64,000 nt of DNA from Eledone cirrhosa. Taxonomy: Eukaryota. The first letter of the stretch is position 1; each line of letters starts with the position of its first letter. Shown one piece after another: positions 1 to 12,510 of the stretch. The translations under genes and the position numbers were made by a program. The DNA lies in assembly GCA_964016885.1 (NCBI GenBank), contig OZ024761.1, positions 29,574,001 through 29,638,000 on the forward strand. The letters are read 5' to 3'. The notes below the pieces were generated by a model. The model made no database searches. It had not been told where the DNA came from and saw only the letters and a program-made list of their open reading frames with translations.

Positions 1-469
1 TGATGATGATACACACACATATATATGCACACATGTATATATATATATATATACATACACAAACACACATATGCATACACGCATACATTTTTTAAAAAGG
101 TACATATATGCACATACATACATACATACATACACACATAAACGCATATATACACACATATGTAGTACATACATACATACATACAAGCATGCAAGCCTAT
201 ATACATACATACATACATACATAAATACGTTTATACTTCTCAGTCTCTTCTAGGGGAAAAAAAAGTGTTTTGACTTGGAAAGGAGATGTGCACCAATAGA
301 TTTTAAATGCTCATGTCACAACAGCACCCCTATGACTCCATCAAGAGTTATAGAACTATATATACTTACAAAATATTTAGGTAAACATAGAAGGGATTTA
401 ATTACAAATCTGTTTGGTTCTTAGCAAACCTTTTTGTGACAAAAAACTGGTTTCTTATTTTTACATAAT

Positions 470-806
470 GGAGGCACATGGCTTAGTGGTTAGAGCATTG
501 GCCTTGCAATCGAAAGGTTGTGAGTTCAATTCTCAGACTGGGTGATGTGTTGTTTCCTTGAGCAAGACACTTTATTTCACATTGCTCCAGTTTACTCAGC
601 TGCAGAAATGAGATGATAGGGACTGGGGTCCATATCATTCCACTGCAAAGTGGTCGTGGAGGTGCCATGGCAAAAAAGCACCCAGCACTCACTGTAAATG
701 AGGTTGGTGTTAGGAAGGGCATTCAGCTGTAGAAATCAAGCCAGAATCAGTTCCTGTCCCACCCTTGCAAGCAGGGAAAAAGCAGACGTAAAATGAAATG
801 GAAATG
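470..806 (+). mobile_element. tRNA-derived SINE, family 2 (RTE-type 3' tail)
   Basis: tRNA-like head (A-box TGGCTTAGTGG, B-box GAGTTCAATTC), core TCCTTGAGCAAGACACTTTATTTCAC, tail CCCACCCTTGCAAGCAGGGAAAAAGCAGACGTAAAATG. Near-identical copies at 50000, 51375 and 59199. Confidence 0.85.
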
Positions 807-1600
807 GAACGGTATTATCCCACCTACGCATGTATATGTATTTATGTATATTAATATGTATACAGGTATGAAATACCACAGCATTTATAAAGTATTGTAT
901 TTAATTCCAAGCATATCTTCATTTCAAGATATAACATATGTGCAGATATAATGACCAAAATCATCTCTGGGCCCTTCTTTTTTTTCTATATACAGGAGTA
1001 ATCTACCTGATTTTCTCAGCTATTATCTATAGTGTTTGACTGTTATTACAGTTACCTTAAGCAACCCATGTCAGAGAAATATTCTACCCTCATAACACAC
1101 CAAAGTTAAGTTACAGCAGAGTGTGCACCAACAATTGCATGCAATGCAATGCAAAACACAATAGTAAACACCAGATGGCAGCACTGATTCTACTTATTTG
1201 TACTTCTACTGCCAACAACACTTCCTTATTACCTCTAACGCTTGCAATAATCTATAAGCATGACATAATTTATCTCCATTCTCCTCTCAACTTAACCTTC
1301 TGGGTGCTGTAGGCACCTTATGTTGCCGATAGAGTAAGCTCCCCTTAATATATAATGCAGTGTCAAGGGAAGAAATTCATGAAAATATTCATCATGACGC
1401 GTTTGTGTATGTGTGCGTGTGTATGTGTATGTGCATACATTTATATCTATGAGTATATAAATATAAACGCGCCTACAAAAATACACACTCACAGACATAC
1501 ATTCACACAAATACACATACATTCACACAAACACACACAATCATTCACACAAACACATATATACATACATTTACACAAAAACATACATACACTCACGCAC

Positions 1601-1715
1601 AGTGTAGCAAATGGAACGCCAGTCGGTGTTTTGCTATAGTTTTTTTCACCATCCCCTTCCTTCCACATCATGTGACAGACGGACGGAAGTCACTCAAATT
1701 TATATGTAGAGAGAT
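1601..1715 (-). mobile_element. Possible non-autonomous Helitron-like fragment
   Basis: Minus strand starts ATCTCTCTACATATAAA (Helitron-like TC 5' end) and ends in a TAGCAAA...TTTGCTA hairpin. The 3' end is CTAC rather than CTAG. Confidence 0.3.
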
Positions 1716-1896
1716 TTTCTTTACATTTTCAAATTTACATTATTCATTTTGCTTTATAAAGTAACAGCACAGCATTTTAATTCAATGAGAGAGGTAAAGA
1801 AGTCATTTAAAATCTCAGATAAGCAGACGAGAAGCAGCCAATTAAATTTACAACAATAAAATCACAAGAAGTGTGACTGATAATCAAGTTACTTAC

Positions 1897-1956
1897 AGTG
1901 TTTGTTTTCATATGACAAGCGGAGAGGCAGCGGTAGATATGGAGGTCGATTTTAAT
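1897..1956 (-). other. Candidate 60-nt spliced exon of an unidentified host gene
   Basis: Minus strand GGTTTTGTTTCTTTTATAG|ATTAAA...AAACACT|GTAAGT: strong acceptor and perfect donor in unique sequence. Open in phase 0 (IKIDLHIYRCLSACHMKTNT). Confidence 0.5.
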
Positions 1957-2310
1957 CTATAAAAGAAACAAAACCAATAAAAGAATTAAAGAATGTAAAA
2001 GAATATATATGCATTATACATACATATACATATATAACAAATATATACATTTTTGTACCTCTGTTTTGTGTTTCCTTGAACTTTTATATATATATATATA
2101 TATATATATCCAGGGAGTGTAATGCAGAGTTACTGTAGTTCATTCTGTCATTACTACCAAAGAGGTCCAACGAGCCATTGATTACAGAGTCGGGCTCGAT
2201 CGATACAGATCGAACCTTCAGCTGATCAACAGCGAAACGTGCGTCACCAACCAATAAACATGATGAAGGAGTAACCACTCGTCCTGGTTTTATTTTATTA
2301 TATATATATA

Positions 2311-2494
2311 TAGGTGGATTGGCAGTATCGGTAGAGAGTCGGACACCATGCTTTGAAGCATAGAGTTACGTCCCTTTATGATCTGAGTTCAAATCCCGCC
2401 GAGGTTAACTTTGCCTTTCATCCTTACGGGGTCGATAAAATAAAGTACCAGTAATGTACTGGGTAATTGCTGGCCTTGTGCCTAAATTAGAAAC

Positions 2495-2500
<6 letters not shown>
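2311..2500 (+). mobile_element. tRNA-derived SINE, family 1
   Basis: Head TGGCAGTATCGGTAGA...GAGTTCAAATCC, central GCCTTTCATCCTTACGGGGTCGATAAAATAAAGTACCAG (resembles the Meta/Sauria SINE domain), tail TTGCTGGCCTTGTGCC..AGAAAC(ATT)n. About 20 full or partial copies in the window. Confidence 0.85.
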
Positions 2501-2525
<25 letters not shown>

Positions 2526-2530
<5 letters not shown>

Positions 2531-2754
2531 AGTGGATAAGTGTGTTTGTTTCGAAAGCCATACAATGCAAGTGGGTTAGATTATCAAGGTAACAAGTCAG
2601 GGGGAATTGAGAGAGTTGAGGTAAAAAGCACAAGGGGGAGAAGGAAAATAGAAGAAAAGGGAGAATGAATGAAAGTTACCTTCCCGACTTGTTACCTTTG
2701 TAATCTAACCCACTTGCATTGTATGGCTTTCTAAACATACATACCCATTTTTCA
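2526..2754. repeat. Fold-back inverted repeat (about 75-80 bp arms, purine-rich spacer)
   Basis: GAAAGCCATACAATGCAAGTGGGTTAGATTA..AAGGTAACAAGTC (2526-2606) is mirrored at 2681-2754. Abuts (TA)n. Confidence 0.85.
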
Positions 2755-3784
2755 GTTTCATATTCCACAATGCTTCAAGCAATCAAACACACATATACAT
2801 ATATATAAATACATTTACAAAATTATTATTTAAAAACACCATAATCTAGATGAGTGGGAATAGCATCTATTACATAACACTTACACGTGTTTCATTGTAT
2901 CCATTACATCTAAGTATTGGATCGCTAATACTTGATTATTTTAATATATATATATAATGCAAGTGTGGAAAAATAAATGACAGTGATAATGATGATGTAT
3001 ATATATATATATATTATATATATATATATTGATTCAAATCTATATGTTTGATGAGCAGCTCAATACTGGAGTTGGATCTATCATATCAATTAAGACCAAG
3101 AACCGAACATCTGTGAAACATGTTATGTTCGATAATGAATGAAAAACAAATATTTTAAAGTGAAACATCATTCTTTCATACGTAATGTAAACAATATGCT
3201 CACTACAAACCTATAATACAGAGATATCTTACAAAAAATACATATTTTTATTGGAATCACCCCATGTTAGTATTGGTAACACCTACAGTAATTAATATAC
3301 ATTACTAAATAACCTACATATATACAAAGGCAACAGAAAAACAAACAGTCCTTTCTCTTCAGTCAACCTCTGGAAATCACTATAGTTTCAGTTCATTCAA
3401 GGTTGAAACTATTCATTCCAGAGCACGAGATATGTATATATATACGTATATATCAGTTATATTGCAATAAATGCTGGCATTAACCATGTTCAGCAATCAA
3501 TGTGGTTGAAGTGTTGGTGGTGGTGACACACACATGCATACGCATACACACAAATATAGATGCCTGCAGATACACTGACACATAGAGAGACAAAGACACA
3601 TACATACCAGAACAACACAGACAAAAAACTAATCTAAGATAAATCTCCAGGCTCAAAAGTCTACAAAGTAGGTTTTTAGTCTCATCCTTTCATTCCTTTT
3701 CTTCCTTCGTTAATTAATTTCTTTGTTTATTTGTTCATTTAGTCATTAGTTAGTTCAATTAACAATTGATTACATCATTGTAAC

Positions 3785-4273
3785 CACCTCAACTACAATT
3801 ACTATAACTATAACCACAACCACCACTATAACCACCACCAATACCACTACAACCTCCACTACAACAACCACCACCACCACCACTAATACTCCAAACACCA
3901 TCACCACAACCACCACCACAACCACCACCACCACTACAACCATCACCACCACTACAATCACCACAACCACTACAACCCCTACAACCACCACCACTACAAC
4001 CACCACAACCACCACTACAACCACCACCACTACAACCACTACAACCCCTACAACCATCACCATCACTACAACCACCACAACCACTACAAACCCTACAACC
4101 ACCACCACAACCACCACTACAACCACCACTACAACCACCACCACTACAACCCCTACAACCACCACTACAAACCCTACGACCACCACTACAACCACCACTA
4201 CTACAACCACCACTACAACCACCACCACTACAACCACCACTACAACCACCACCACTACAACCACTACAACCAA
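3785..4273. repeat. Degenerate (ACC/ACA/ACT)n trinucleotide array
   Basis: Simple repeat. Explains the poly-V and GCS ORFs. Confidence 0.95.
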
Positions 4274-4595
4274 TAGTTATCAAACCAAAATAACAACAAC
4301 AAAAATCGGTAACAGACTAAAGATTCCAGAAATAAATCCATCAAACAACAACAGCAATAATAATAATAATAATAATAAATATATTCATTAACTATCACAG
4401 GTGATAATCTTTGGTATTTACAGGTAAGTGGTGGGTTTTTTTATCTGGCGGATTTTTTTGATTTTTTTTTTTCGTTTTTCACCAATTTCTTTCTTTTTTT
4501 GTCCTTATGTCTTCCAAGGAATGGATAAAAGAATAATTTGACAACATTGCTTGGGTAATATCTAACAAGGCCTTGGAGCTACAGTAGTGCAGGTT

Positions 4596-5900
4596 ATATA
4601 TATATATAGGCAGGAAGGCAGGGAGACATACACTTATATACACATACACATATACACAGGCATACAGACATACATATTATACACATATACACAGATACAC
4701 ATATACACAGGCATACAGACATACATATTGACACATACAGGTATATATACATAGAGGCAGGAAGGCAGGGAGAGACAGACATACACTTATATACACATAC
4801 ACATATACACAGGCATACAGACATACATATTAACACATACAGGTATATATATAAAGGCAGGAAGGCAGGGTGAGACAGATATACACTTATACACACATAC
4901 ACATATACACAGGCATACAGACATACATATTGACACATACAGGTATATATATATAGGCAGGAAGGCAGGGAGACATACACTTATATACACATACACATAT
5001 ACACAGGCATACAGACATACATACACTTATACACACATACACATATACACAGGCATACAGACATACATATTGACACATGCAGGTATATACATATATAGGC
5101 AGGAAGGCAGGGAGAGACAGGCATACACTTACACACACATACACAGGCATACAGACATACATATTGACACATACAGGTATATATATATAGGCAGGAAGGC
5201 AGGGAGAGACAGACATACACTTATACACACATACACATATACACAGGCATACAGACATACATATTGACACATACAGGTATATATAGGCAAGAACACAGGG
5301 AGAGACACACATACACACAAACACATGCACATATACACATAAACACAGGGAAACACATACACAGAGACACACACACACACAGGGATATACACATACATAG
5401 ACACAAACAGATATATATAGACAGAAACACAGGGAGAGACAGACACACACACACACACTCACACACACAGGGGCACACAGACAGATATACACTCACATAG
5501 ACACACACACAGGGACACACAAACACACACACAGACACAGACATACACACACAGACAGGTGCACATGCACGCACACAAACACACACAGGGACACACAAAC
5601 ACACATAGACACAGACATACACACACACACACAGGGACACACAAACACACATAGACACAGATATACACACACATAGACAGGTGCAGAAGCACGCACACAC
5701 ACACACGGGGACACACAAACACACACAGACATACACACGCATAGACAGGTGCACATGCACGCACACACATGGGGACACACAAACACAGACATACACACAT
5801 AGACACAGACACACACACACACAAATATATATAGACATGAAAACACAGTAACACACACACACACTGACACACACACATAGACACACACTGACACACACAC
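4596..5900. repeat. About 100-bp minisatellite (AGGCAGGAAGGCAGGGAGA...) grading into degenerate (CA)n
   Basis: Unit start recurs at about 4608, 4755, 4855, 4955, 5097 and 5189. Confidence 0.85.
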
Positions 5901-6044
5901 TTTTATCTGTGCATGTCTATGTATATTTATACAGATATTCATGGGTGTGTGTTTATGCATATAAATATATATGCATATATGCATGAACACATATATAACT
6001 ATGTATATATACAAATATATGTGTGTGCATGTGTGTGTGTATAG

Positions 6045-6082
<38 letters not shown>

Positions 6083-6113
6083 TATATAAACATATATTTG
6101 TGTGTGTGTATAT

Positions 6114-6144
<31 letters not shown>

Positions 6145-6340
6145 ATACATACACAGCAGGGAAAGTGGGCATTAAACTATGTTGATGACGTACATACACA
6201 TGCGTAGATTATATATATATATACACACACAGACACATACATCCATCAATATATGCATATTATATAAACAAACATATTTATGTAGGTGCATGTGTGTATA
6301 TATATTATATACACACACACACACACACACATATATTTAT

Positions 6341-6391
<51 letters not shown>

Positions 6392-6859
6392 AGGTTATAT
6401 TATTTACTTTGCTCATTAGCCAAAGTAATAACAATTTCTTATTCGTTTTTTTTAAGGATTAATAAGAGAGAAGGGGCAGACATGTTAATATAAATCACAA
6501 CTTAGAATGTTTGGTTTGGTTTGGTTTGGTTTGGTTTGTTGTTTGTTTGTTTTTGTTGGGGGGAGAGATGGGGGTTGTGTCTCACCACCACCATCACCAC
6601 CATCACCACCATTGCCATCAACGCCATCATCACCACCAACAATGACCACTATCACCATCACCATCATCACAACCACCAGCACCACCATCACAGCCACCAT
6701 CACCATTGTCACCACCCTCACCACCATCGCCATCATTACCACCACCACCGCCACTGCCACCACCATCACCACCACCACCACCATCATCACCACCATCATC
6801 GTCATCATCACCACCAGCATCATCCCAATCACCACAACCATCATCATCATTACCACCAC

Positions 6860-8140
6860 TTTACGGTCTGAGTTCAAATCCCGCCGAAGCTAGCTTTGCC
6901 TTTCATCCTTGCAGGGTCAATAAAATAAAGTACCAGTAATGCATTGGGATTGATTTCAAATACTTTCTCCTCCCTCACAATTGTTAGCTTTGTGCTTAAG
7001 TCAAAAATCATTATAATATTATTATTACATGGATTGGCAGTATCGGTAGAGGATCAGAGGCCATGCTTTGCAGCATAGAGTTACGACCCTTTAACTTTAC
7101 GGCCTTTCATCCTTACAGGGTCGATAAAATAAAGTACCAGTAATGCTCTGGGGTAATTGCTGGCCTTGTGCCTAAAGTAGAAACAATTATTATTACATCC
7201 CTTTATGTTCAGAGTTCAAATCCTGCTAGGGTTGATAAAATAAAGTAGCGGTAAAAAACAGGGTTCGATTAAATCCACTTACACTTCCCCCAAAATTGTT
7301 GACTGTGTGCTTAAATCAGAAACCATTAGCGTCGGGTGGTTCAGGATTGGTGGGGAACCTGAATCAACTCGGGGTGACTATCCCCCCCCCCCCCATTGGG
7401 GAATTTTCATTGTTGTATTTTTCTTGTTTACTGTTATTGTTTTCCTATTTTTTACTCGATTTTTGTGTAAAACTCCCACTGTCCCCATCTATTCTATTGT
7501 TTACTATATATCGGCCCTTGTGGCCAATAAATTAAACCATGGCAGTAGCGGTAGAGGGTCGGACGCCATGCTTTCCAGCATAGTTACGTCCCTTTACGAT
7601 CTGAGTTCAAATCCCGCCGAGGTTGACTTTGCCTTTCATCCTTACGGGGTCGATAAAATAAAGTACCAGTAATGTACTGGTAAATCGCTGGCCTTGTGCC
7701 TAAAGTAGAAACAATTATTATAGGGCATTATTATTATGGTCGTGGATTGGCAGTATCGGTAGAGGGTCGGACGCCATGCTTTGACGCATAGAGTTACGGC
7801 CCTTGCCATTCTGAGTTCAAATCCCGCCGAGGTTAACTTTGCCTTTCATCCTTACGGGGTCGATAAAATAAAGTACCAGTAATGTACTGGGTAATTGCAG
7901 GCCTTGTGCCAAAAGTAGAAACAATTATTATTATAGGGCACCGGATTGGCAGTATTGGTAGAGGGTTGGGCACCATGCTTTGCAGCATAGAGTTACGGCC
8001 CTTTATGATCCGAGTTCAAATCCCACCGAGGTTAGCTTTGCCTTTCATCCTCATGGGGTCGATAAAATAAAGTACCAGTAATATACTGGAGTTATTGCTG
8101 GCCCTTGTGCCAAAAGTAGAAACAATTATTATTATTATTT
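6860..8140 (+). mobile_element. Cluster of six same-orientation family 1 SINE copies plus another 3'-tail fragment
   Basis: Repeated GATAAAATAAAGTA cores at about 6920, 7120, 7235, 7650, 7860 and 8060, separated by (ATT)n tails. 7330-7535 resembles 35230-35470. Confidence 0.85.
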
Positions 8141-8940
8141 GCCAGAGGGGCATCAGATAAGAGAGACATTACAAACACAAGTTACAGTATGGAGGTGGGG
8201 GGGGGGGGGGGGGGCAAACAAACTAATAAACAAAACATTTAATTAAAAAAATATATTTTTTTAAAATATAAAATAAGGGAATGAATATAGTGGGATGGAT
8301 ATATTGTGTGTGTGTGTGTGTTTTGTGAATGCATGCATAGTTGCACACAAACATGTATACAATGACTACACACATACATGCACACAAACATACATATGCA
8401 CACAAACACATACTCACAAACACACACACATACACATATCTACATACGCCCATTTCACACATACATATTGCAAACACTCACATAAACATGCACAAACGCA
8501 CGCACGCATACATTCACACAAACACACTTTACACATACACACTGTACACACACATGCATACACACACACAGCTTCAAACATATATTGCACAAACACACAC
8601 ACACAGAAACACTCACACACACTTGCATACATATATATGCACACACATAAACACATGGTATGTATTAAAGACACCAAATTCCCTCCAAAATTATGTCAAT
8701 ATAGCTTCAGGGAATTGTGGGGCTGTTACTAATTAGTATCTAATGTACTGTTAGATATGTCTGGAAACAAATTGAACTATATATATATATACATATATAC
8801 ACACTTATATGTATATATATATATATATGCACAAGTGTCTGTGTATACACTAAATATAAGTATGTATACATGCATTTATATATATATATATACACACATA
8901 CACATACATGTATATATATATATGCACATATATATACACC

Positions 8941-8971
<31 letters not shown>

Positions 8972-9074
8972 ATATATATACACCTCTATATATATAGCTC
9001 AAGATTAATTAAGATAAACAGATAAAAAAACACAGTCTTATTAGTTTCATGCTTTATGATGTATGTATATATAT

Positions 9075-9513
9075 CATCATCATCATCACCGTTTTGCGTC
9101 CGTTCTTCCACGCTAGCATGAGTTAGACAGGTTGTCCTGTTGTGGGCAGTGTCCAGTCAGCTGACTTTGTCTTGCTCATACGGAAACTGAATATGGCTTG
9201 ATTTCTACAGTTGGATGCCCTTCCTAACACCAACCTCATTTACAGTGAGTGCTGGGTGCTTTTTTTCCATGGCGCCTACACGTCCACTTTACAGTGTGGG
9301 CTAGGTGCTTTTTTGCCGTGGCACCTCCACGACCACTTTGCAGTGGAATGATAGGGACCCCAGTCCCTATCATCTCATTTCTACAGCTGAGTAAACTGGA
9401 GCAATGTGAAATAAAGTGTCTTGCTCAAGGAAACAACACATCACCCGGTCCGAGAATTGAACTCACAACCTTTCGATTGCAAGCCCAATGTTCTAACCAC
9501 TAAGCCATGCGCC
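9075..9513 (-). mobile_element. SINE family 2 variant
   Basis: Reverse complement of the 470-806 head and core, with an internal duplication and an (ATG)n tail. Confidence 0.85.
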
Positions 9514-10069
9514 TTCATATATGTATATATGTATATATATATATTAAAAATGAAAAATTTGTGTGTATATATATAAAAATGAAAAATTTATCATATATAT
9601 ATATATAAATGCATGTATACATACATATATTTAGTGTATACACAGACACGTGTGTGTATATATATATGTGTGTATGTATGCATATATATAGCCCTAGACT
9701 TCTATTATAATTCCATCTATATCTAAGATACAGTATTATCATCATTTAATGTCCATTCAATTCTATGATGGCTGGCTAATCATATTAAATCAATAGTATT
9801 TGATTGATACTAAATCTATCAATACCAGGACGATGACAGCTAAAAAAAGTCAACTCCATCTTCCATTATAATACCATTCCCTTTGACAATGCTCTGTAAG
9901 AATATAAGTCAACCCCAGTAGTTCACCGGTACTTTTAGTGGAAGGATGAAAAGCAAAGTTGTCTGCAACATCATTTTGACAGCAAACATCAACAACCATG
10001 ATGATGATGATGATTGCAAATATGATGATGGTGTTGATGATAATGGTGATGATGATCGGGATGATGAAA

Positions 10070-10610
10070 TATGAAATAATGAAATATTTGTGTGTACAGT
10101 GCTCAGGTGCACTACAACTCATCAAAGGTGCATGTATAGTACATAGAATGATGTACAAATGTCAGGAATGTGAACAGTGTATGAGTCATGATATACACAC
10201 AGATACATGCGTGCGTGTGTATGGAAGGGTAATATCAGGTGTAGTGTTGGCGAATTCGGGAAGCATGGAAGTTTTGAAGGATACAGTGTCCTGACAGCTA
10301 ACAACTGATGCAAGTAGTTTGTTTCATGCTTCAGTAATTCTGAACATGAAAAAATGTTTCCAAAAGTCATGGGAGCTGTGCTGTTTTCTGACTTTGTGGG
10401 CATGTCCACGGGTGTTAGACACATGGAATTGAAAAAGGTGCTCAAGATTGTTGTTGGCAAGATGGTTAATAATCTTGCGAGTGTCTTCCAAGTCAGTTGC
10501 CAGACGTCAGAGCTTCAATGTATCTATGTCCAGGGAAGCAAGACACTCGAAGTATGGTAGATGCCTTATGGAAGGTATTCGCTTGGTTGCACATCTCTGA
10601 ACAGTTTCCA
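10070..10610 (-). mobile_element. CR1-clade LINE, 3' end of ORF2 plus 3'UTR (pseudogenised)
   Basis: Minus frame LKL*RLATDLEDTRKIINHL...SNTRGHAHKVRKQHSSHDFWKHFFMFRITEA*N matches the TRGH...FF..R...WN C-terminal motif of CR1 ORF2. In-frame stops present. Confidence 0.8.
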
Positions 10611-10702
10611 GGAGGTCAATATTCAGAGCAAGATGATGGTGATGACTATTGCAACTGTGGTGATGATAATTACAATGTTAATGATGAGGAGGAAAAGGGG
10701 AG

Positions 10703-10872
10703 AATGATGATGATGATGATGATGGCAATGATGGTGATGATGATTATAATGATGGTGATGATGATGATGATAATGATGATGATGATGCTGATGCTGGCAA
10801 TGATGGTGATGACGATAATGATGATGATGATAATGACAGTAATGATGGTAATAATGATGATGGTGATAATGG

Positions 10873-10903
<31 letters not shown>

Positions 10904-11015
10904 AATAAGGATGATGGTGATGATGATGGTAATGATGATGGTGATGATGATGATGGTGATGGTGATGATGGTAACTATGGTGATGACTATGATGGTGATG
11001 ATGATGATTATTATT
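10703..11015. repeat. (ATG)n degenerate microsatellite
   Basis: Simple repeat. Explains the poly-M and poly-H ORFs. Confidence 0.95.
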
Positions 11016-11879
11016 ATGTCCTGTCACCTGCGTTTCTGTCAACCAGCTGGAGGTATCCTCATTAGCTATGGACAGAAGAGAATTTGTCATTTTCACAAAA
11101 CAGCAAATGTGAAATAAAAATATATTATCACAAGATAATTTGATATTTTCTGTTACAAATAACAATACGTAAATAACATTTCGTTATTGTCATTGTTATT
11201 CCTTTCTTTTATTTCTATCTTATTTTATTGTATGCTATTTTATTACAACAACAAAAAAATGTGGAATGTATTCTTTAGAAACAACAACAATAACAACAGT
11301 ATAATCGAAGAAATAGAAGAAAACAAACTATTAAATAAACTAAAAAATAAATATCGTAAAGGCTGAGACACTTCTTCTAAAACACTTCAGTTACAAGTGA
11401 GTTCTAACTCACTGAGTAAACCAGCCTAGCCTAACCTACCCTATGAACTACGGCAAGTCATTGATATTATTATAATCTCTACATTAAATAGACTTAACAA
11501 ATATGAGATTCAGTAGGAAATAATTGTGGTGGGCTGCTAGAGTTATGGTAAGTGGTGCACAATGAGTGTTGGGCAGGCAGTTTCACTGTTTACCCCTCAG
11601 TGGTAAAGGTTCACATTTATATTCGGTGGACAAGTCGACCCCTAGTTTTGGAGAGATATTTTTAGGCTCCAAATGACGACTTGTACGCCGGCATATATGG
11701 TAAATAAATAGATAAAAGATATTGCACAGGAATTTTCTTACTAACACCAACAACTGATCTGGATGACAAAATAACTGGATTATAATATATAAAAATAGAA
11801 TGTAAAGGTAAAAATTGGAAGAAAAAAAACTACAAAAAGGTATACCAAAAATTCCCATTGAAATATATTGCAATCATCA

Positions 11880-12510
11880 TCATAATAATCATCAACACCG
11901 CTTAACGCCCATTTTTCATGCTAGCATGGGTTAGACGCGTTGTCCCATCAAGTGATCGTGTATTGCCCATATAGAACTGTTTCTGGCTAGGTTCCAACAG
12001 CTTGATTCCCTTCCTAATGCCAACCACATTTACAGTGTGTGCTGGGTGCTTTTTGTCATGACTCCTACATGTTTCTACTGTTGGCACACAAGGCCAGCAA
12101 TTTGAAGGGAAGGGGAGGAGAAAGTCAATTAAATCAAGCCCAGTGCATTACTGATAATTTATTTTATCAATCCTGTAAGGATGAAAAGCTAAGTTAACCT
12201 CGACAGGATTTGAACTCAGAATGTAAAGGGACATAACTCTGTGCCATAGAGCATGTTGTCCAATGCTCTACTGATACAGCCAATCCACCAATGATAATAA
12301 TAATTGTTTCTGATTTAGGCACAGGGCCAACAATTTTGGGTGAGTGGGAGTCGATTAGATCAACCCCAGTTGCTTCACTGGTATTTTATTTTTTTACCCT
12401 GTAAGGATGAAAGGCAACGTTAACCTTGGTAGGATTTGAACTCATAGCATAAAGGGTTGGAACGCTATGCTGCAAAGCATGTTGTTTGATAGTATCAATC
12501 CACTGCCCTT
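11880..12510 (-). mobile_element. SINE fragments (family 2 tail, two family 1 copies)
   Basis: Reverse complements of the family 1 and family 2 motifs. Confidence 0.75.

Noticed and set aside
483-722. Recurrent ORF (..[17 protein letters not shown]..) seen five times
   Set aside because: Antisense translation of SINE family 2.
4401-4423. Plus-strand microexon CAG|...CAG|GTAAGT
   Set aside because: Weak polypyrimidine tract and no supporting partner exons.
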